Origin: Amoebidium appalachense
Lineage: Eukaryota; Protista; Ichthyosporea
Direction of reading: 5' to 3'
NCBI GenBank assembly: GCA_963693365.1
Contig: CAVNZM010000012.1
Span: 2,852,001 to 2,916,000, forward strand
DNA length: 64,000 bases
Part shown: positions 1-32,121 of the stretch, piece after piece
How positions within the stretch are numbered: the first letter of the stretch is position 1
Layout of the letters: every line of letters begins with the position of its first letter
Notes under the pieces: generated by a model
The model's database searches: none
The model's input: only the letters and a program-made list of their open reading frames with translations
What the model was told of the DNA's origin: nothing
Program-made: the position numbers and the translations under genes

Positions 1-894
1 ATCAGCGAAGGGCACAAGTGCCCTCTGAGTGGTGCATGATGTCTGCATCATAGAAGCAACCGAATACAGCGAGGAGTAACCACGAAACATGGCGTTCAGG
101 TAAACTGACAAACAATGGTAGTTAGCGCAAAGCCCCCGACTTTCAGTCTACCAGAGTTGAAGAGCTCCCATCACCAAGGTCCCAGACAGCAGACGATTCC
201 CTCACTTCCGAAATGAGAATACATATTCGGTATCTTCCCCCTGAGCTAGAAAACGGGCTCCATCAACTGAGACATCACGTAGAAGGCAGATGCTCGCGGA
301 TTACAGCTGGATTCACACCGGATCCTTTCAACATTTCCACTAAAACTTTAACAAGGTTTGTGTTTTCTACTTGTGATTTGGTGCTCCGGCGGACACTCAC
401 TTTTGCGATGCAAATGGAAAGAGACGAAAGGCTGGTCTGTGTGCGCTTTTTATACTTGCGCTCATGAGCCTGCGACAGGTGACTGCATGCTACACGGCCA
501 ATCAGACATCGGGTTACATTTTGTGGTCAATCCTTCATCCAATCACATTAATATGTTATATCTAGGCGCGCACGGCAACCAGCTTGAGGTTGTTGAGGGA
601 AACTGTGGGAAAACTGAGAAGTGGAGAACATTCAAAAAGGCGTGCACGCTTTGTGCTGAGTTTGGCTGGCGTAACAACAAACATGAGACAAGGGCTGCAG
701 AGTATGGAAAATACTGCAAAGATATCACTATCAACAAACTGAGTTCCATAATTGTAGCTAGATCAGTCCCTTTTTCACATAATGCAAAGAAAGTTGTACT
801 CGACTCGAGCAGCCTACTTCTGTCCCTCCATACGCCATCATTTTTGTGCATCCTGCACGCTTCTTTTTCTGAATCACTTACTTCACACATACAG

Positions 895-2363
<1,469 letters not shown>

Positions 2364-2425
2364 GGCGCCTGTTGTTTTGCTTGTCATTTGTTGTTCTGGT
2401 TGATTACCTGTAATCTTCGCTTATT

Positions 2426-2464
<39 letters not shown>

Positions 2465-4521
2465 TGTGCGGGGTTGCACATACCGGTGTCTACTTTTCTT
2501 CTTACTGTTTTTCTCTCCACACACTTCATCTGTCCACTTCTGCATACCCCCTTTCATAGCTATAGACACACTTCACACATTGCGTTACGCGCACGCATGC
2601 ACACACCGCTCTGTTGGCGACAGCTCCCTTGGAACCCATGCGGCATGTTACCCGCCGGCGTAACATAACTCGGACTATCGGTTTGGCTTTTTTCAAGCCC
2701 AAAGCAATGGGTGATACCATATTTCCGGCTGACATCCGGGGGCATAGCTTTCCGTTCGAAGACGATAAAGTTCCGCCCTAGTAAGCGTGTTACTACCCTG
2801 CGGCGTGGGTCAAATCTCATATTTTCCCCTCTGATTACGAATTCTGCGGCCTTCGGGACTTAATTCTTTTCAGCTGGTGTAGTATGTTAGCCAGGGAAGT
2901 ATCGACTTAGGTATCGACGGGGGAGCTTCCTAGAAGCCCCGTCTCCTGAGTTCCTATCTATATTTTTCTTGCTTCTGCTTACTGCTGCAACTTTAACCCC
3001 CGGCCTTTCCCACTGCCCTTGCCTGCATAAGCAACCCTGCTCGTCTCTGATCAAGACGGGTGACCTACTCATGTTCAAGTGAAACAGTATCTGAGTTGGG
3101 TTTCGTTAACGAGGGGAATAGGTCGAAACTCGGGTACTGTGGATGACGTGGGCCCCCCCTGAGGATGGGCTCTGCTTATTATGCATACTCTTTATGTATG
3201 GCTTGCATTCTGCATCGTGTTATCCGTTTGTTCTTGTGTACTTCGTACTTTTTAACGCATTCAAAACCCCCCACCCCACCCCCCCTCCCCGGTCTCTTGA
3301 TCATTCCGTCTGGGCTCCCAGTTAATTTCCAGAACAAGGCTTTCCCTCCGCATCCTTCACTTCTAGATCTCCGTACAGCCGATGTTCCGGGTTTCTTTTT
3401 GCAGGCTCTTTTATACCTCTACCCAGGGTTTTTCTATCCACTCTTCTCTCGGAGTATATATGCGCGAGTAGTAGGCGCATCCTTTGCTTTGCATGCGTGG
3501 TTTGCAACTACCGGAAACTTTGAAGCCCATGTACATATGCATGTGTTGGTCTCGTTTCAATACGCAGGTTATCTTACAGAATCCAGACCCATCCTCCCCC
3601 CCGGGCCCCCTCTCCTTCCCCCCGGAGAGATCTATATATCAACGATTTTTTTCAAAAGAAAAACATGTTGCCATGATCATATGCATTCTGACCCGGTGCG
3701 GTCACTAAGTAGTAGCAACTGTGCGACGGTTCCGGAACCAACTGTATATGTCCCTGCAGCTGGCCAGTGTGTCATATATATATGGTCTGGTCCCAATAGC
3801 TGCTAGAGTATCCCATCTCGCGCTGAAATTCAATAAGCACATAAGCCGCTTAAAGAATTATTTGCCCTCCCACCCTCTCTTCTCTATCCGACCTGTCCCA
3901 TCCCCACCTCTCCCCTCTTTCCTTTCCTCTCTCTCTCCTTCTTCGCCGGGCACAAATACAAATATACCCCGCAAAAGTGTGCGTGTGACTTTGGACTGCC
4001 ACTTACTTATTAGACAAGTACATAATCATAAAATAATTACACAATATAACAAATGTAAAAAGATACCGTGGCACACGACACTAGACCCGATGAAAGCATA
4101 CACCTCGGAAAACTAAGCCTTATGTCTCGTTTTATATCAGTATAATGACCGCCTTAAACATATTGCCAAATATGGCACTCGCAAATGTGTAACACCTAAA
4201 TACATATTACCTTCCTGTAGAATTGGAGTCTTTTTAGATCTCTAGCTGATGGTATTATTGATCACTTACCACGCTTTTACTGTACACGTGCCATACACAC
4301 ACACACCAGTTAAAACGGTCATGTATTGCCAAATGTAGTTTGATAGACCACATAATACCGCAGCAAACACACTACACATTCACAACAGACACCCAGAAAG
4401 ATAGCCTATCTAGGCCTGAAAATTACAACATCCTTGATTTTATACTAAACACACGTAACTATGACCTGTTTATTAGATGTATTATTTGGCTTGAGAAACA
4501 CATCATTACAAAACTCTAGCG

Positions 4522-4575
<54 letters not shown>

Positions 4576-5057
4576 AGCTGATAAAGAGTGTCCCAGGGGA
4601 GCCCGAAAAAATAAAACAAAAAAAAGGGGGGGAACCCAACTAATCGATTTTCTTAGTCTTTATGGTGCTTCGTAGAGTAAGAAAACCCTGATATATATCA
4701 ACACCCGACATCTATGTACTTGATCATGATATACCGCTGAGGGGATATTCCGAGCAAAAACCCCCATACCTGAGCCTGGTCTCTCTTTGCCTCGAGGAAA
4801 CAGCGTAAACCCCATATATATATATATATATATATGGCAAACTATGACATCGCCTTTGATTGTGCAATAATTATAAACAACACAAGAAAAGCCGTGTTTA
4901 TTTGATTTTGTTGACCGTGGGTGTGTTGTCCAGAACACATATCGGACCCACACTCAGCCCTCATCTCACAACAACCCCCCCAAAATCCCTTCACACAGAA
5001 CTCTCCGCGTGTGGCTCAGCCAACCCATCCACCACCATCCACCACATTTTTCCATGA

Positions 5058-11310
<6,253 letters not shown>

Positions 11311-11590
11311 TTTAAACGATGGTGCTGTAGCTGCCCAGCACGGCACCGGCGCTAGTTAGATCTGACGTCCGTACTTTCACCCTACTTCCTTGAGAGGGTA
11401 GACAAGATCCCACCCCAAGTGTTTCCTACCCTCGTTTGCCCACTTAAACACGTTTCCCTAAACTCTATTCTTCAACCCACGCTACTTAATACACACTTTA
11501 ATTGTGAAAGCCGGCGCACTATTGTCCTCCTTTCCAACCCACCCCTCAACCTCTAAAACGCCGTATATGATGTCCTCTGTTGCTCCTCTC

Positions 11591-11621
<31 letters not shown>

Positions 11622-11928
11622 TCTGAGATTTCCTCTGATCGTACAGCTGGATGTTGGGTAATCGAACCGCAAATGCTTTTCGGTTCGGGCCACGGCTCAC
11701 AGACAGTTGTGGTAACAGACATACGTGACATTAATCAAATCGTAACGCTTTACTTGTAGCTTAATGTGGTTACTCTATGGAGATCCGCTTGCTATATAAT
11801 CTGGCGAGCCTCTGCAACCACTTCAAAAGATGATGGTTCAAAAAGAAGGCAGCATTACCTGAACATAAAACTGCAAGCTTTTTATTTCATATTCTCTGCA
11901 GAACCAAGAACACGCACGCACACCAACG
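11311..11928. promoter_or_regulatory. Probable bidirectional promoter region between divergent LSm4 and COMMD7
   Basis: Start codons are 618 bp apart in head-to-head orientation; TATATAA near 11793. Function is inferred from the arrangement only. Confidence 0.55.
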
Positions 11929-12849
11929 ATGAGGGGTTTGCGTGTGACGGGGCAGGCGCCTAGCCAGCAGCTTTTGACAGATTTTACAGAGTTGAGGAGG
12001 TTGGCAGACGAGCCCTTTGCGCTGCTGCTTGAGGCGTGTTTGGGGTGCCTTCAAGATCCAGAAAAGGTGTGTGCTCGTGTGGTTGTACACTTGTGTGCGC
12101 CTGTTCCCTGCGTGCTGATGTGCCTGCATGTGCATCTACTGGCGTTCTGGCGTGCATCTTGGTGTCTGCTGTGCGTGCATGCGTGCGTGCGTGCGTGCGT
12201 GTGTGCGTGGTTGTGTGTGGGTGCGCATTGTGCAGGCGTGCCTGTGTTTGTGTGTTAGGCATGGGTGCGGGTCAAAATAAGCAGATTTGGGAGCGAGCAG
12301 CTTTGTTCACGGAGCCAAAGAGGGCCCCCCCCCCCCCCCCCCCCCCCGCCTTCCTTTTTTCGTGTTTTTTTTGGGGGGGGGGGGGTGGGGGGGGGGGGGG
12401 GGGGGGAAGGAGGGGAGGGGACAAGATGAGGTCTGCAAAGGTATAGTCTATGCAGCGAGTGAAGGCGTGGATGCAGTTTTGTGAAGTGGTTGCATGGGCG
12501 AGCAGTCTATGTGCTACGGGCCGGCCACGAAGCCGATCTCTCTTTTTTTTTCTTTTTTTTTTTTGGTGGTGGTGGTGGTGGTGGTGGGGGAGGGGGGGGG
12601 GGGGGGAGGGAGGGGGGGGGGGGAGGGGAGGAGGAGGGTCGGGGTCGGCGGGACCGCAAGGGTGTAGGCCTTAAAAAAAATTTGGGAAGAAAAGGGAAAA
12701 TGGAACTGCTCTAGTGGGATGTAAGAGATGATCGGACTGGGAAAACAGATGAAGTGTGCTTTTTCCTCCGGAGGGGTGGGGGGTGGGGGTCGTTTTGTGC
12801 GTGTGGCTGTGTATGTGTGCCAGTATGTGTCTGCGTGTGTGTGTGGGGG

Positions 12850-12889
<40 letters not shown>

Positions 12890-13186
12890 GCAAAAGGTGT
12901 GGGAATGGTGTATGGCTGTGTGTGTGTTTTTTTTTTTTTTTTTCTTTTCTTTTTTTTTTCCTCCTCTTGGGGGTGTGTGTGTGTGTGTGTAGGGGGGGGG
13001 GGGGAGGGGGGGGGCTGGATAGAATAGCTAACAGCAGAAGGGCGTTTGTAGAAAACGAGTTTCGAATCGGAGGGGGTATAAGGGACGGTGGGTGGCAAGG
13101 TAAAAGAGAACGTCAGGAGATCACGAAACTTATGCATGGGTCTTCGTTTGAGCTGTGTGTACTTGGAAAAAAGGGAGTGGATGTGT

Positions 13187-13237
<51 letters not shown>

Positions 13238-14502
13238 CTCAAAAGGGAAGGGGGGGAAGGGGGGAGGTTGTAAAAGATGGTTGGTGGGTGGGTCTGATTT
13301 TTGATTGTATTTTTTTTTATTTTTATATTTTTATTTTATTTTTTATTTTATTTATTTTTTCATCTTCTTCTTCTTCTTTTTTTTTTTTTTTTTTTGGGGG
13401 GGGGGGGGGGGGTGGGGAGGAGGCACGTAGCCTCCCCTCTTGCCCTTCCCCCGTAGACCTTTCCTTGATAGCATTGTTGTCCCCCTGTCCCTCCCCAATC
13501 CCATTGTCTGTGTTCCTGCATGGACCATACTTGTTTTAACCCCATGTTCGCCTTCTTGTGTTTCCCCCATTCACCGAGACCCCCCCCCCCCCCCCCTCTC
13601 CCACCCCACCCCCACCCCACCCCGTCTTCCCCTCCTCCATTTACTTGTATTACAAGGTTTACACACACACACACACACTGTGGGGAAAAGCCGACAGTTA
13701 TTCCGCGAAAATGCCAGAAATGACGTTTTAGTAAAAACACTATGAAAAAGCAGTAGATTACTGGTGGGGCAAATAGTCAAAAAAGACACCCCCCCCCCCC
13801 CCCCCCCCCCCCCCCCGGGGGCGCCCTTACCAATTCCACTAATCTCGACAGCTTACACCTTTGAATTTATGCCCAGGCAGCCACATTTACGGCAGACATT
13901 GAACATTTGGCAGCACAAACGGGTTCACGGGTCGGGTCGGTTCGTAATGGGGCCAGAGGACTACTGGTGGTGTTGAGGACAGCAGCGCAGAAGGGGGAGG
14001 AGGGCAAGGATTTGGGGGCAGACCTGCACACACTGGGTGGGTTTTAATTTTAATGTTAAACACATGATGGTTTTTTATTTAAAAGGGGGCAATTGCACAC
14101 ACTGGATGGGTTTTAACTTTATCGTTAAACACATGATGGTTTTTTTAATTTAAAAGGGGGCAATTGCACACACTGGATGGGTTTTAACTTTATTGTTAAA
14201 CACATGGTCTTTTTTTCTTTTTGGATAAAAAGGCCATATTTGCACACACTGGGTGGGTTTTAATTTCATTGTTAAACGCAAGGTGGTTTGTTGATTTTTA
14301 TGTTTTGTTCATAAGTTTTTTTTTCCCCTTCTTGTTTATTCCTTTTTTAAGGGGGATCTAATGACAGACCTGCACACACTAGGTGGGTGCCACCGCCACC
14401 GCGGTGGTGGAGGCGGCAGCGGGAGGGGAGGGGGAGGGGGGGCAGGACTTGTCAGGGTTTTGTGAATGGGCGAGAAGGTGGAAGAGGAATAGAAGACAGG
14501 CT

Positions 14503-14549
<47 letters not shown>

Positions 14550-14828
14550 AATCTGATCACTGTGACTTGTATGACGGGTTGGTGGGGAGTAGGTCGGTGG
14601 GGGCAAGAAATGGATGAATGGATGGAATAGTGTGTGGTAGTTTAAGTATGTGGGTGGACGGTTGGTGTGGTGGTGGTGGTGTTGTGTTTGTGTGTGCGTG
14701 GAGAGTGGGGGGAGGGAGGGGTGTTGCAGGGGTTGTTTACAGGGGTGTGCACTTGCAGGTTTGACTGAGGCCCGAGCCGAGGCAGTTGTGAAGCAGGTAG
14801 GTGCCCGTCCGCCTCCCCCTTGCCCCCA

Positions 14829-14860
<32 letters not shown>

Positions 14861-15685
14861 ACACACACGCACACCATCCTCCCTCCCCCCCCCCCTCCCC
14901 CCCCCCCCCCCAAAAAAAAAAAAAGAAGAGGTGAACACATGAAAGCATACACCCGCACACACGCTTGCACACACGCGCACAAGCGGGCGCATGCACCAGA
15001 ACAATCATGCACACCCACTCACACAGTCAGTCACGTCCTACCAGTCATTCAGTTCTGTGACATTCTCTGCTTCCAAGTTTGCACCACCTTATGTTTCATG
15101 TTGCCTTTGCTGACTTCTAACTACTCCCTGCATTCACCTCCAGTGCCTCTTCAACAAAGCAACCTGACTATAGTATTTAATTTAACATATAAACTACTGG
15201 GCTTGATTTTGATATGACCTCACAATAGTTTTGAGTTATCAACTGAACTACCTGGCCAAAAAATATAATTTATATTTTTAATCATTTCAATAAACTTAAG
15301 GTTAAAAAAAAACTATAACTAAGCTTATCACTATGTTGCAGTACACGCAGCATGTGCACACCATCTCCAGTGCCGTTATTGCCCGGGCACTTCAGGGAGA
15401 CCAATTGAGAGACATCGACTGGAAACTGGGGAGTACGTGCAAAGTTACCCCCCCCCCCCCCCCTCCCCCTCTGTTGCATTGTGTCGTCAAGAATATGTAC
15501 TTCCCACTCTGTAACACATTCTTGCCCACCCCCCCCCCCCCCCCCCCCCCCCCCGGCGCCCACCCTGCCCCACCCCCCCTGCCTTCTTTCTCCCAGCCCA
15601 CCACACACGTATGCCAAGCAAAGCTGCATCGTTTCTTATGTGGGTGTAGCAGTATGCAATCGTCTGTGCACATTCTAACAAACCC

Positions 15686-15716
<31 letters not shown>

Positions 15717-15766
15717 ACACACACCACCCCTACCCCCCTTTCCCACCCATTCTCAGTAAGTTACAT

Positions 15767-15864
<98 letters not shown>

Positions 15865-16280
15865 ACCCCACCCTTCTGCCCTCCTTTCCGTCGCTCTTTC
15901 CCCTTCCTCATACACACACTCTCCACTTTCTCTCCCTCCCTCCCTCCTTCCCTGCCCCCTTCCCTCCCTCCAGCACACACACACACACGCTATCTCTCTC
16001 TCCCCCCCCCCCCCCCCCTTCCTCCCTCCCTCCCTCTCTCCCTCCTTTCCCCCCTCCGTCCCTCCTTCCCTCCCTCAAGCACTTACCCCCAACCACCCAC
16101 CCTCCCTCCCTCCTTCCCTCCGTCCCTCCCCCCCTCGGGCACTTACCCCCCCCCCCCCCCCCCCTCCCTGTGCAGTTGTAGCCGGGACCAGTGAGCAGCA
16201 CACGGATGGAAACGTTTTTGTGCAAATGAGACTGGCCATAGAAAGGGCTGGAAGGGTGGAGCACGTGCTAGTGGGTACGT

Positions 16281-16341
<61 letters not shown>

Positions 16342-16797
16342 GTGAGCGACTGCTTGCGCGCCCGCACACACTCACGCACAGGCGCTCACACTCATCCACA
16401 CACGCAACTCCCGGCCTACATGGTCAAACACAAGCTGCAAAATCCCCCCCCCCCCCCCCCCCCCGGGGCACCTCCCTTAATCACTGTCCCTAAACTTAAC
16501 ACATACGAAGATTGGTTTTTAACGAATGAGCTCGCTTTTTTTGTATCCACAACTCCCATGCACCCTCTAGCTTCGTATGTCATTTTATTCGTTTTCCTGT
16601 TTCTCTCGTGACGTATTTTATTTTCTTTATTTATTATTTATTCGCTTGCTTGATTATTTCTATGTGTGTCTGTTTCTGTTTCTGTGCCTGTGTGTCTCTG
16701 TTTCTGTGTGTGTGTGTCTCTGTGTGCATGTACATGTGTATTCGTGTGTTCGTGTGTGCGGTGTTAGTGCACGTGCACCTGTGTGTGTGCGTGTGTG

Positions 16798-16838
<41 letters not shown>

Positions 16839-16932
16839 TGTACTACCACCACACATTTTGGACAGCCAGACGCTGTGCCCACTTCAGCTTTAATGTTCAC
16901 CAGTATGAATTTGAAGATAACTTTATGCACAT

Positions 16933-16974
<42 letters not shown>

Positions 16975-17059
16975 ACCACCACCACCGTCACACACGCACA
17001 CATACACACACACACACCCCTGCCCACCCATCACCACCACCACACACAAACGCATGCAT

Positions 17060-17105
<46 letters not shown>

Positions 17106-17113
17106 ACACACAG

Positions 17114-17182
<69 letters not shown>

Positions 17183-17206
17183 GACAGACACAGACACACA
17201 TACACA

Positions 17207-17295
<89 letters not shown>

Positions 17296-17387
17296 AACAC
17301 ACAGAACTCAACCTAAAGCAGTTCTACTCGTTGATGCACGAGCTGGAGAGAGCAAAATCAACCCTTGAAGCAATGGCAGCACAGTAG
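11929..17387 (+). CDS. COMMD7: COMM domain-containing protein 7, 6 exons, 202 aa
   Basis: Exons 11929-12066, 13877-14036, 14759-14796, 15342-15432, 16176-16274, 17305-17387; GT-AG and in phase. COMM domain QLRDIDWKLGIVAGTSE..GNVFVQMRL..ELNLKQFYSLMHELERAK matches the COMMD7 C-terminus. Confidence 0.93.
14025..14388 (+). repeat. Minisatellite (~70-bp unit) containing the COMMD7 exon 2 end and donor site
   Basis: TGCACACACT(G/A)G(G/A)TGGGT recurs at 14025, 14094, 14165, 14241 and 14371. Confidence 0.9.
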
Positions 17388-17977
17388 AGCCCTCCTCCTC
17401 CTCCCCCCCTCCCCCTCCCCCCCCCCCCCCTCCCCCCCCCCACACACACACACATGCACACACACACACCCACCACCACCACCACACATACCCACCCCAT
17501 ACACCCCATACACCTACCTACTCACCCACTCCTCTCTGCTCCTTCTCCCTCCACCTCGTCGGCCCCAAGCACCTCTCTTGATGTTTTTATGACGAATGTC
17601 TCTTTTTATTTCGATTTTTTTGTATCCCCTCTATGGATATAGTGGTGACAAACTGTTAGCAAACAGCTGGGGTGCACACGGGTGAACTGTCGTTTAGTAT
17701 TAGTTCGTTCTTTCTTGTTTTTTGCTGGAGATTGCTTTCAAATCGAATTTGTTTGTTTTGGGGGGGTATGTAAGATCGACCAAGCTTTGGATTGGAGCAT
17801 TGATGGAATATGTATGAGCATGGGTAGAGAACATTCGAGCACCCTCCCTTGCACACTGTCCTGCGAATATGATAGTTGTGTTTTTTTAAATAGGCAATAC
17901 CAGGATGCATGAACGACACAACAGCAGTATTTTTGTATGGGGTCTTCTTTGGGTGTTGGTGGGGTTGGGGTTTTGCG

Positions 17978-18015
<38 letters not shown>

Positions 18016-18386
18016 AGGGGGAGGTCGGGGGTTTGGGGGGGGGGGGGGGGGGGGGGGGGGGGTCGAGATGTGGCTCTTCCTTGGTGAGATCTTGTTCTGT
18101 CATCAGACGGCCAGCTATGTAGTATCACCGTGCCATATGTCGTCACAGTCCTTTTTTTGGTGGTCTGTCGTAATGCCCGTAGGTAGACCCGTAGGTACAT
18201 GCCAGCTCTAAAAATAATAAAATAGCAGCAAGGCAGCTGGGTAGACCCTTGCGCTAATGAAACCTCGGGAGGGTCATGTGCAACACAACAGCTCCCCCCC
18301 CCCCCCCCCCCACACACCACCACCACCACCGATGTGACACACAAACACTTCGGAACACACGAACACACGCAAGGGCCGGGTGCCAT

Positions 18387-18438
<52 letters not shown>

Positions 18439-18809
18439 CGTCATATTTCATGGGAACTTCGGCCAGTTGTCGTGGGAAGGCCTTGTACATTTGTGTTTGA
18501 AAACCAGCTACATGTAGAGTGGTCAATGTTCTATATTTTGGGGGCACGTGTATAGTGTCTCAGGGTCACGTATCCAACGCTTAGGCTTATAATGGATCAT
18601 CACTTATACTTCTAAAATCACAGTAGCTCGATTTAGAGCCGCCTAGCCTTATACTTGTATGTAACTTATACATTGATCTCACATGTATCATCGCCAGTGA
18701 CGGTATAAAAGGCACTAACGAGGCACACGGACTTGAACAATTGAAAACATATGCATTGCAAAACAAAAGATCTTTGTTGGCACCAAAAGATCTTTGTTGG
18801 ATTGGTTAG

Positions 18810-28457
<9,648 letters not shown>

Positions 28458-29685
28458 TTTAAAATGGTTAATATGTTAAAGTTGGTGTGATGGCTATTAG
28501 CCAATGGGATTGCTTCCTTATTTATAATATCATTCTTGCTATTTGTTGAGCGAGCTCTGTCCATCATTTTCCTATATCATCTCTCCTTGGATAAATCATT
28601 TGCTCTGTTCATTCTGTGCACCTTAACATACATGCCCACTTGCCCTCCCTCCCCTCCCCCCGGCCCCTCCCTCCCCCTCTGCCCTCCGCGAGTCCCCCTC
28701 CCCCCCCCCCTCCCCCCCTCCCCCCTCCCTCCCTCCCTCCCCCCCTCCTCCCTCCCCCATAAGCGCACACCCACTGATTATGCATGAATGTCCACACATG
28801 GACTTCTGGCCCCTGATTGTCATAACTAGAAAACTGTGGTGCTCTTTTCCTTTAGCCTATAAATCTCCCGCGAAGTCGGAGACCCTCCTCTCTCTGTTAG
28901 CACGTTGTGTCATCTTGTTAGGCACCATGTCTTTGCTTAAGTTTGATTGTAGGCTATGCACATTGGTAACGTGCAGCCAGCCAAACTCGTTTGTTGTTAC
29001 GTTTTTGTTTTTGCTATCTCCACTGTCAACACTAAACACCTGTTTCTTTGTTTAATTCATGGGCCGTTGTATTCTTATTCCTGATAGCAAGGTTCGTGAT
29101 GCTAACTAAAATAAGCCGTTAAAGCAACCACTCGATTTTGTTTGTTTAGTCGGGAGAGCTGGCTCTTGACCCCGGCACTCATCAATAAAGGTATGCACGG
29201 CTGGCCCGTACTATATTTAGCTATTTCTAATGCACTTCATGTTTTACTGATGGAAATCCTCCCCCCCCCCCCCCCCCCCTCTCTCCGACAGTTCGCCCCC
29301 CCCCCCTCCCCCCACCCCCCCCACCCCACCCCTCGCGCCCCCCTCTCCGACAGCACTTTGAAACCACAGTGACTGGATAATTTTTTTTCCCAAAGCTTGC
29401 TTCATTCCCTTTGTGTCTCTTCGTCCATCCCCCCCCCCCCCCCCCCCCCCCCGTCCTGCCGTCTCCCCCCCCCCTCCCCCCTCCTTTTCTTCCCCGTGCT
29501 CGTAAATTTAGACACGGATTGCGGATGGACAGGCAGGAGGAATTCGAGGGGGGAAGGGGGGGGGGGGGGGGGGGGGAGGGGGGGCTGTTCCAGAGGCTAT
29601 TGTTAACTGTCACAAACGCAGAAGGTGTGTGTGATGATGAACACATCTGTTGTACGTGTTGGTGGGCCTGCGCGTGTGTCGGCAT

Positions 29686-29748
<63 letters not shown>

Positions 29749-29897
29749 GAGATAACATGACCTTTGCGGAAAGGGGACTAATGGAAAAAGGTCCAAGTCT
29801 TAGTGTAGAGAAGAAGGGGCAGCAAGAGGGAGGATCTGATGTGAAGGAAAAGGGGGGTGGGGAGGGAGGAGGTGAGCGAGAGAGTGTATGTGTGGGA

Positions 29898-29937
<40 letters not shown>

Positions 29938-30301
29938 CGGGGAGTGGGGGGGAGGGGGGAGGGAGAGAGGGATGGGAAAGAGAGACAAAGAGGGAGAGGG
30001 AGAGAGAGAGAGAGCTCGAGGGAGAGTGAGAGAGGGGAGGGGGGGGGGGGGGGAGGTGGGAAGGGAGAGAGAGAGAGTGGGGGGGCTAGAGAGATCGGTT
30101 GGGGGGGGGGGGGGGGGGGGGGGGGAGGAATGGGGGGAGGGGGGAGGAAAGGGAGAGGAAGAGCATGAATCAAAAGGTACAATGACACTGTGCCTCTGCA
30201 CCCTTTGACTGCCTATTCAAACGCACTCCACAAGGAGCATGGGTGTGATGGGTTTCTGAAGCTGGTGTTTGGGCACTTCCCGAAAGGGGCGGCGGCGGCG
30301 G

Positions 30302-30349
<48 letters not shown>

Positions 30350-30566
30350 TGATGTTCATAGCACTAAATATCGGCTAAGACACTACAAACAGATTTCAGA
30401 CTAAAAGTATGATTACGTTTTTTGTATTGTTAAAAAAAACATCGTAGGCACCTTGAGCCTTGCAGAAGTTGAGCCCAAAAGAAATGGTTGAGAAACTTTG
30501 GACCCAACTGACACTAATGGTCCTCTCTGAGACTTAAGGATCTTACTGCACCTTTCGGGGCCTCCC

Positions 30567-30618
<52 letters not shown>

Positions 30619-30724
30619 GGGGGGGGGGGGGGGGAAGGGGGGGAGGGGGGGGGGGGATATGATCAGTATCTGAAATGGCGGGGTGGGGGTGGGGGTGGGG
30701 GGAGGAGAGGGAATGGTTTAAAAA

Positions 30725-30811
<87 letters not shown>

Positions 30812-31118
30812 GGTGTGGGGAGGGGGGGGGGAGGGAGATTATCCCTGCGGAGGTAGGAATCACTTTCACACAAGTCCCACAGAGTCATACGGCATCCACA
30901 CATTGCTGATAGCTCACATGTGTATTTTATTCTTACTACCTGCCTTATCTCTTGATGCCTTCAAGGCACAAATCGAGAAGACCGTAGTATCATATTATAT
31001 TTAACCGTAGTACTGACCAAAATATAATATGATTGGTATTTTGGGTGCATCAAGCCTACCTGGTCAGGATCATAACGACAGCAGACGATAGAAAAGTCGA
31101 GGGAAGGTAAAATGTTTC

Positions 31119-31470
31119 TTAAGTCATCTGAGTCACAAGTGTCACTATACTTAGTAAGCAGTGATATGAGCCATCGTTAGCGCTAGGCTTTGCAAATGAG
31201 GTAGAAGAAAGAAGGCCTGGAGGCGGCCGCGGGTGTCGAATAAGTACTCTTCGACCAGGGGTTCCCTTTTGTAACTTGATGAACGCGAGCGAAATAGCTT
31301 CGCTATCTTTGACTTGCTGGCTCACCATGAAGTGGGTGATGGTGGTGGCTGGAGCATTTGCCAATGATGGGAAGCACCCCGTTACTGGTGCTGTTGGGAG
31401 AAGGGATACGAAAATATGTTTGCCAACTCTGAATTTGCAGTGGGGAGAAGTCTTAGAGCCTCGGGGGGAG

Positions 31471-31517
<47 letters not shown>

Positions 31518-32074
31518 CTCGGTCGAGTTATGGCTTGAGGGAACCGTGTCAGCTCGCATTTCAAGTTGCAACAGGCGCTTGGTTTGATGAGCGCGCAGGC
31601 AGCGGCACCCTAGGTTGGGCAGGGCGGGGGGGAGGGGGGAGGGGGGGGGGGGGAAGGGGGGAGAGGGGGGGAGGGGGGGGGAGGATCCAGGGGGTGGGTG
31701 GGTGGGGGGGGGGGGGGGGGGGAAGGGGGGGGATCTGAAATGTGTTTTGGGATTTGCCAAGGTCACATACGGTAAACCTCACTGGAGATATCAGCCTGTC
31801 TGAAGTTGCTGAGTCCTTCAAGTTGAGTGAACCCATACTTGTCACACTGTTGGTCAAGCAAAGTGCTGGTCCACCGGCCGTCATCTATATATTGTTGTGG
31901 GAGCACGTGGTATCTGGAATCTTTGGTCGTGCCGGCCTTGATAGTGGTGCCGTAGCATGCTGTATTGAGAAACCGTGTGTCAGTTAGGATCAGTTATCTC
32001 AGGGCAGATGGAAAACGTTAAACCGGTGGCAAGAAACCATATTGCTGCGTAGCAAGTGGAGCCTGGGAGTTCTT

Positions 32075-32121
<47 letters not shown>

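Noticed and set aside
3083-3140. Hammerhead-ribozyme-like motif (ACGAG...GTCGAAAC closing a long stem; second copy 8190-8240)
   Set aside because: Neither copy has the CUGANGA core and stem II cannot pair in either. An Infernal search would settle it.
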